Origin: Pseudomonas phage phi297
Sequence record: HQ711984.1
Direction: 5' to 3' (one strand)
Length of the DNA: 49,135 bases
The translations under genes and the position numbers were made by a program. Below the pieces are notes generated by a model. That model worked only from the letters and a program-made list of their open reading frames with translations. It had not been told where the DNA came from and did not search any database. This document shows positions 45,174 through 49,135 of the stretch, piece after piece (positions within the stretch are counted from its first letter, which is position 1; every line of letters begins with the position of its first letter).

Positions 45174-45914
45174 TCACGCAGTACCTCGCCGATCCCTGCG
45201 GAGGTAAGACTCCCTTTCCCGCCGAGCGGCGAGCCGCCCGCAGGTCCTTACCGCAATATCGACCGGTATTCCGGCTTTGATGCGCTGGTGGGCGGTAGAG
45301 ACGTTGACTCCGAAGTGAGCACAGGCCTGGGCAATACTGGCGAACTGAGTGCCGTCGATCTCGACTCCGGTCAGGCGTCGCTGGTTCTCGGACGCTTGCT
45401 GATGGATCGTGGCCCATCGGCAGTTTTCAGGACAGTAGTCACCGTCTGGGTCGATTCGATCGATGCTGTACCTCCCAGCAGGCCGAGGCCCCATGTCTTT
45501 GAGGAAAGCCTCGAACGACTGATTCCAACGTTCGCAGACCTTGATACCGCGACCGCCCCAGTTAGGGAAGTCCTTGTACTTCTCGTCGTAGCACCTGCGT
45601 TTCATGCCTAGCCAGGTTCTGTACTCCGGGGTTTTCAACCCTCGACGGCTGTGCCCGTGCGCGGTGACTTTGGCTGTACGCTTCCTGACGAATTCCCTGT
45701 TTGAGCCAAGCGCTGAAGCCCATTCGCTGGCGAGGCACCCGCATGAACGTGTCGAGCCGCTTCGCAAGTTCGACGAGTTCACCTTTACCTCGGCTCCGCA
45801 CTCGCACCGGCAGAGCCAGACAGATCCTCCGTTTTTCCCGGGAGAGTCGTAGGCGACCACCAAAAGGCGCCCATAGCGAAGCCCGGAGATATCGATCCGT
45901 TTCATTTCATTCAC
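45174..45914 (-). CDS. HNH/AP2-like DNA-binding protein with C-terminal HTH (homing-endonuclease-like)
   Basis: N-terminal GRLLVV...WLCRCECG. Tandem EYRTWLGMKRRC and GRGIKVCERW motifs. C-terminal HTH QFASIAQACAHFGV. Confidence 0.5.
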   Translation of the reverse strand: MNEMKRIDISGLRYGRLLVVAYDSPGKNGGSVWLCRCECGAEVKVNSSNLRSGSTRSCGCLASEWASALGSNREFVRKRTAKVTAHGHSRRGLKTPEYRTWLGMKRRCYDEKYKDFPNWGGRGIKVCERWNQSFEAFLKDMGPRPAGRYSIDRIDPDGDYCPENCRWATIHQQASENQRRLTGVEIDGTQFASIAQACAHFGVNVSTAHQRIKAGIPVDIAVRTCGRLAARRERESYLRRDRRGTA

Positions 45915-45935
45915 CTATTGAGAGAGGGACCGCCG

Positions 45936-46418
45936 ATGGCAGTCGTTTCCGAGAAAACCGCTGGAGGGAGGAACGTTCTTGCGTTCCTGGACATGCTTGC
46001 GTGGTCTGAGGGGACCAGCACGATCAGAGGTAGCGACAACGGCTACAACGTTGTTGTCGGTGGAGGGCTGTTCAATGGGTACGCTGATCACCCGCGCCTG
46101 AAGGTCTATCTGCCTCGCTACAAGGTTTATTCAACTGCGGCGGGCAGGTATCAGCTCCTTTCGAGGTACTGGGACGCCTACCGCGAAAGCCTGGCACTGA
46201 AAGGAGGTTTCACCCCATCTAACCAGGACCTGGTGGCGTTGCAGCAGATTAAGGAGCGACGCTCGCTCGCAGATATACAGGCTGGTCGCTTGGCGGATGC
46301 AGTGCAGAAGTGTTCCAACATCTGGGCCAGCCTGCCGGGGGCTGGTTACGGCCAACGCGAGCATTCTCTTGATGACCTGACCGCGCACTACCTTGCGGCG
46401 GGCGGAGTCCTTTCATGA
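45936..46418 (+). CDS. endolysin, lambda R-like lytic transglycosylase
   Basis: LAFLDMLAWSEGT...YNVVVGG...AGRYQLLSRYWDAY...ALQQIKERR...CSNIWASLPGAGYGQ is near-collinear with lambda R. Confidence 0.9.
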   Translation: MAVVSEKTAGGRNVLAFLDMLAWSEGTSTIRGSDNGYNVVVGGGLFNGYADHPRLKVYLPRYKVYSTAAGRYQLLSRYWDAYRESLALKGGFTPSNQDLVALQQIKERRSLADIQAGRLADAVQKCSNIWASLPGAGYGQREHSLDDLTAHYLAAGGVLS

Positions 46419-46783
46419 TCTCGGCCCGCGCTGTCTCGACCATGCTGGCCTGCCTGGTGCTGATTGGCTTCGGCACCGCCGGTGGTGTCTGGCTCGGCGC
46501 GCGGCACTACCGGCCGCAGTTGGATGCCGCGAGCGCGGATCTGGCTGCCTGCCGTGCCTCCCGGGGAGAGTTGGAGTCCGCAGTGGCAGAGCAGGTCCGG
46601 CAGGTTGCCGCGATGCGCCTGGCCGACGAGCAGCGCGCCCGGGATGCAGCCAGGGCGCTGGAGCAGGGACGACAGCAGGCCGCCGAGCAGTATGCCGCCG
46701 CCAACCGTCTGCTGCGTGAGCGCTCCGCTGGTGATCAGTGCCTGGCAGCCGAAGTGGTCATCGATCAGGAGTTAGGTCTATGA
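46415..46783 (+). CDS. i-spanin (Rz-like)
   Basis: N-terminal TM helix followed by a coiled coil. Confidence 0.7.
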   Translation: MISARAVSTMLACLVLIGFGTAGGVWLGARHYRPQLDAASADLAACRASRGELESAVAEQVRQVAAMRLADEQRARDAARALEQGRQQAAEQYAAANRLLRERSAGDQCLAAEVVIDQELGL

Positions 46784-47109
46784 AGCTGCAGGCGTGGCGA
46801 AAGACTGCAGGTGCAGCGATTTCCGGCAGGTGCAGCCGAAAGGTGCAGGTGGTGCAGGTGCTGGGGTTGGTGTTCGCGCTGGCGGGATGCGCCGGCCAGG
46901 TCGAGCCTGAGCCGCGCACGCTGCGCGTAGAAGTTCCGGTGGCGGTGCCGTGCCGAGCGCCCGCGGTCGAGGTGCCGGCCTGGGCAGCGGCTGGGCTGAA
47001 GAAGAGCGACGACCTACAGACCAAGGTCCGCGCGCTGCTGGCCGAGCGGCGACAGCGGATCGGTTACGAGGCGCAGCTCCTGGCAGCGAATAAGGCCTGT
47101 CAGGATTAG
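46780..47109 (+). CDS. o-spanin lipoprotein (Rz1-like)
   Basis: Signal peptide with lipobox LAGC. RBS AGGAG. Overlaps the Rz stop. Confidence 0.6.
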   Translation: MKLQAWRKTAGAAISGRCSRKVQVVQVLGLVFALAGCAGQVEPEPRTLRVEVPVAVPCRAPAVEVPAWAAAGLKKSDDLQTKVRALLAERRQRIGYEAQLLAANKACQD

Positions 47110-47144
47110 GAGTAGACTACGGCCTTTTCCTACGGAGCTCGGTG

Positions 47145-47408
47145 ATGCTGGTGATTCGATTCAGGGGCTGGTCGGTGAAACTCGACCACCAGGTGGGCAG
47201 CGCTGGCAAGTTCGGCATCTGGTCGTTCCACGGCTCGGAGAGCAGCTACGTGCCGGACATGCAGACGATTCTCCGGCATGCTGCTATTCGGCCTGCGGAG
47301 CCGAAAGAAGGCGGGGAGGTCGAGGTATTCATCTGTGATTCGCGCATGCCGCAGGATGAGTGGCGGCCTGTCGGTAGCGGCGTTGCGGCCTACGAGTCGG
47401 ACCGCTGA
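47145..47408 (+). CDS. hypothetical protein (87 aa), last gene before att
   Basis: ATG 47145 with GGAG. Confidence 0.35.
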   Translation: MLVIRFRGWSVKLDHQVGSAGKFGIWSFHGSESSYVPDMQTILRHAAIRPAEPKEGGEVEVFICDSRMPQDEWRPVGSGVAAYESDR

Positions 47409-47529
47409 ATGCTGGCCGTGACGGAAACGTGAAGCACGGAAATGGAAAACGTGAAAAGGAATTTCACGATTGGCACAGTTTAAGTGATTGCGGTCGGCGT
47501 AAACTGTTGTAATATAAGCGCTTCTGAGG

Positions 47530-47594
47530 TGCGAGACAGGATTTAGGTTCCAGCGCCGCAAGGCGTGAGAGTTCGAGTCTCTCCGTCCGCACCA
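47530..47594 (+). other. 3' fragment of a class-II tRNA (variable arm, T-arm GAGAG-TTCGAGT-CTCTC, acceptor 3' strand, CCA): putative attR core
   Basis: GGTTCGAGTCTCTCCGTCCGCACCA ends at 47594. No complementary 5' acceptor strand (GCGGACG) occurs upstream. Confidence 0.5.
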
Positions 47595-47709
47595 TACTTC
47601 TCTTTCGCGATCCTTCGTGTTCCTTCGCAAGCTCAGTAATTCCGGGGCTTGCAGCCGATTAGTCTCTTCCGTTGGCTTCCGCCACAATTCGCCACCAGCC
47701 GCGTTTTTT

Positions 47710-47758
47710 TAGTACATTCCTTAGTACATCTGAATTTGGTTTTTCCGGGAATGTACTA
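47710..47758. repeat. 8-bp TAGTACAT repeats: two direct copies (47710-17, 47722-29) and one inverted copy ATGTACTA (47751-58) abutting the int start codon
   Basis: Exact copies in an AT-rich leader. Candidate arm-type or AlpA sites. Confidence 0.4.
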
Positions 47759-48876
47759 TGCCGCTCACGGATACTGCTGTCCGCCAGGCAAAAGCAGAAG
47801 CTAAAGACTACACCCTCGCCGACATTGACGGCCTCTCTCTCTTCGTTTCTCACAAGGGCACCAAAAGCTGGCACTTCCGCTTTTCGCTGAATGGCCAGCA
47901 GAAGCGAGTGTCGCTTGGGACGTATCCCGAGTTGAGCCTGCGTGATGCCCGGCAGCGCCGTGACGAGGCGCGTTCGTTGGTGGCCCAAGGTATCGATCCG
48001 CGGGGGCAGCATCGAGCGGACCGGAAGACGGTCAGCGTCGAGGAGACGTTTCGACACGTGGCTGAACAGTGGCTGGAGTTGAAACAGGGGCGCTGGGCGG
48101 ACGATAGCCGGAAAGGCAGCGCAAACCAGGCGCGCAGAGTATTGGACAATGACCTATACCCGGCCCTGGCGAATATGAAGTTTCGCGAAATTCACCGTCG
48201 TGACCTGGCTGCGGTTGTCGGAGCCATCGAGCGCCGGGGAGCGCTGCACGTCGCGGAGAAGGCGCGGAGTTGGTTACGCCAGATCTTCCGCGTTGGGATC
48301 GCGGCCGGATTACGAGAGGACAACCCTGCCTCGGACCTGGACATTCTGGCGAAAGAACAGCCGCCGACTGAGCACAATCCGATTCTTGCGCATGATGGCG
48401 AAGAGCTTCCAGCCCTTCTTGTGAGACTGCGGTCTTACCAGGGGTCCGAGATCACAAGGATCGCCGTTCGTCTGATGCTTCTGACCGCGGTACGTACGAT
48501 CGAGCTTCGAAAGGCTGCGCCGGCAGACTTCGATCTAGAAAAGGGGATATGGACTGTCCCGCCCGGAAGGGTGAAGCAATTGCGCGGCAAGGTGCGCAAG
48601 GACGGGGAAGAGGTACCTCCGTACATCGTGCCGCTGTCGCGGCAAGCGATTGAGGAGGTCAGGCGGTTGCTGCAGAAGACGGGAAAATACCCGTTCGCGT
48701 TCGCAGGTCGAAATGATCCGACGAAGATGATGAACCCAAACGCCGTTAGCCAAGTGATTAAGCGCCTTGAGTTCGATGAACCACTAACTGGCCATGGTTG
48801 GAGACTGTCTCGAGTGCGCTACGTGCAGCACTGCCGTGGTTACTTGGTTCGGTTGGAGCAGGCTGCCCCGGAGTGA
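47758..48876 (+). pseudogene. int: P4-like tyrosine integrase (DUF4102 N-domain), apparently C-terminally truncated
   Basis: Box R (TAVRTIELRK) and HGWR are present. The ORF stops ~23 aa later, before the expected second His and catalytic Tyr. It abuts a convergent alpA gene with zero gap. Confidence 0.5.
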
Positions 48877-49110
48877 TCACTCCGGGGCTCCCGCTTCGTT
48901 TGTTGGCGCCTGCGGCGTCCAGGTTCCGTTGCAGTACTGGTCGATTTCAACCTCTGCCCAGCGAGTGGCACGGCCAAACTTGCGCCCTTTGGGGAAGTCC
49001 CCTTTCTTCATATGGTCGTAGATGAACGTGGTACCCATCCCCGTTCTCAACTTGACCATATTCAAGTCGATGAAGCGGGGGACGTCTTGGTGCTGCTGGG
49101 TGTTGCGCAT
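48877..49110 (-). CDS. alpA: AlpA-family excisionase/transcriptional regulator
   Basis: RFIDLNMVKLRTGMGTTFIYDHMKKGDFPKGRKFGRATRWAEVEIDQY is AlpA/Xis-like. Confidence 0.7.
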   Translation of the reverse strand: MRNTQQHQDVPRFIDLNMVKLRTGMGTTFIYDHMKKGDFPKGRKFGRATRWAEVEIDQYCNGTWTPQAPTNEAGAPE

Positions 49111-49135
49111 AGAGATACCTCCCGGGTCCATTGAT

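Noticed and set aside
47440-47600. Search for a complete tRNA gene
   Set aside because: Only the 3' half is present. No 5' acceptor strand complementary to CGTCCGC is found within 150 bp upstream, so this is an att fragment rather than a gene.
47130-47687. 185-aa minus-strand ORF
   Set aside because: It runs through the tRNA fragment and the AT-rich att region, and it has no RBS.

Overview
The window is almost entirely one lambdoid temperate siphovirus prophage in a high-GC, Pseudomonas-like genome, in vegetative lambda-like order, with a second decayed element starting at the far right edge. No rRNA, intact tRNA or CRISPR is present; the only RNA-gene signal is a 3' tRNA fragment (putative attR).

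- **Early-left operon, minus strand (1–14204):** a long, mostly translationally coupled block with ATGA/GTGA stop-start overlaps.
  - Accessory genes: an Ea22-like protein, a DUF4406-like / MazG-like pyrophosphohydrolase / HTH block, an SNF2-helicase::DNA-methyltransferase fusion, a stand-alone SbcC/Rad50-like ATPase and a protein with an FtsK-gamma domain.
  - Recombination pair: RecT plus a Cas4-like PD-(D/E)XK exonuclease.
  - Small genes at the operon start: several microproteins, a CsrA/RsmA homologue with a C-terminal extension, and a 42-aa hydrophobic peptide.
- **Immunity region (14220–18981):**
  - A 570-bp structured non-coding leader.
  - Two clusters of ATAAG-N4-CTTAT operators (OL-like and OR-like).
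  - A canonical LexA box 5 bp upstream of the RBS (GGAGG) of an acidic 111-aa protein.
  - A low-GC ParA-like ATPase sitting in the lambda rex position downstream of a cI-like HTH+S24 repressor.
  - Cro and two further early regulators.
- **Replication and late control (18984–23620):** a DUF1376 initiator with an internal iteron/palindrome ori-like region and a (GACAGG)5 repeat, DnaB, RusA, a Q-like protein with a PR'/tR'-like region, and two holin-like membrane proteins.
- **Packaging, head and tail (23629–43724):**
  - Packaging and head: TerS, TerL, portal, a Mu-F-like head protein, scaffold, major capsid and connector proteins.
  - Tail: major tail protein with Ig-like domains, tape measure, NlpC/P60 tail protein, a J-like tip protein and a pectate-lyase-fold tailspike.
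- **Right-end accessory and lysis region (43725–47408):** a very low-GC Wzy O-antigen polymerase (probable serotype conversion), an HNH/AP2-like protein, and a displaced lambda-R-like endolysin with Rz/Rz1 spanins.
- **Element boundary (47530–49135):** a 3' tRNA fragment (putative attR) and tandem 8-bp repeats mark the prophage end. Beyond it lie a C-terminally truncated P4-like integrase and an AlpA gene, probably a second decayed element that continues past the window.

The strongest candidates for undescribed biology are the ParA-like ATPase at the rex position, the coupled DUF4406–MazG nucleotide module, the phage CsrA homologue, the SOS-box-controlled acidic protein, the SbcC-like/FtsK-gamma pair and the Wzy conversion island.
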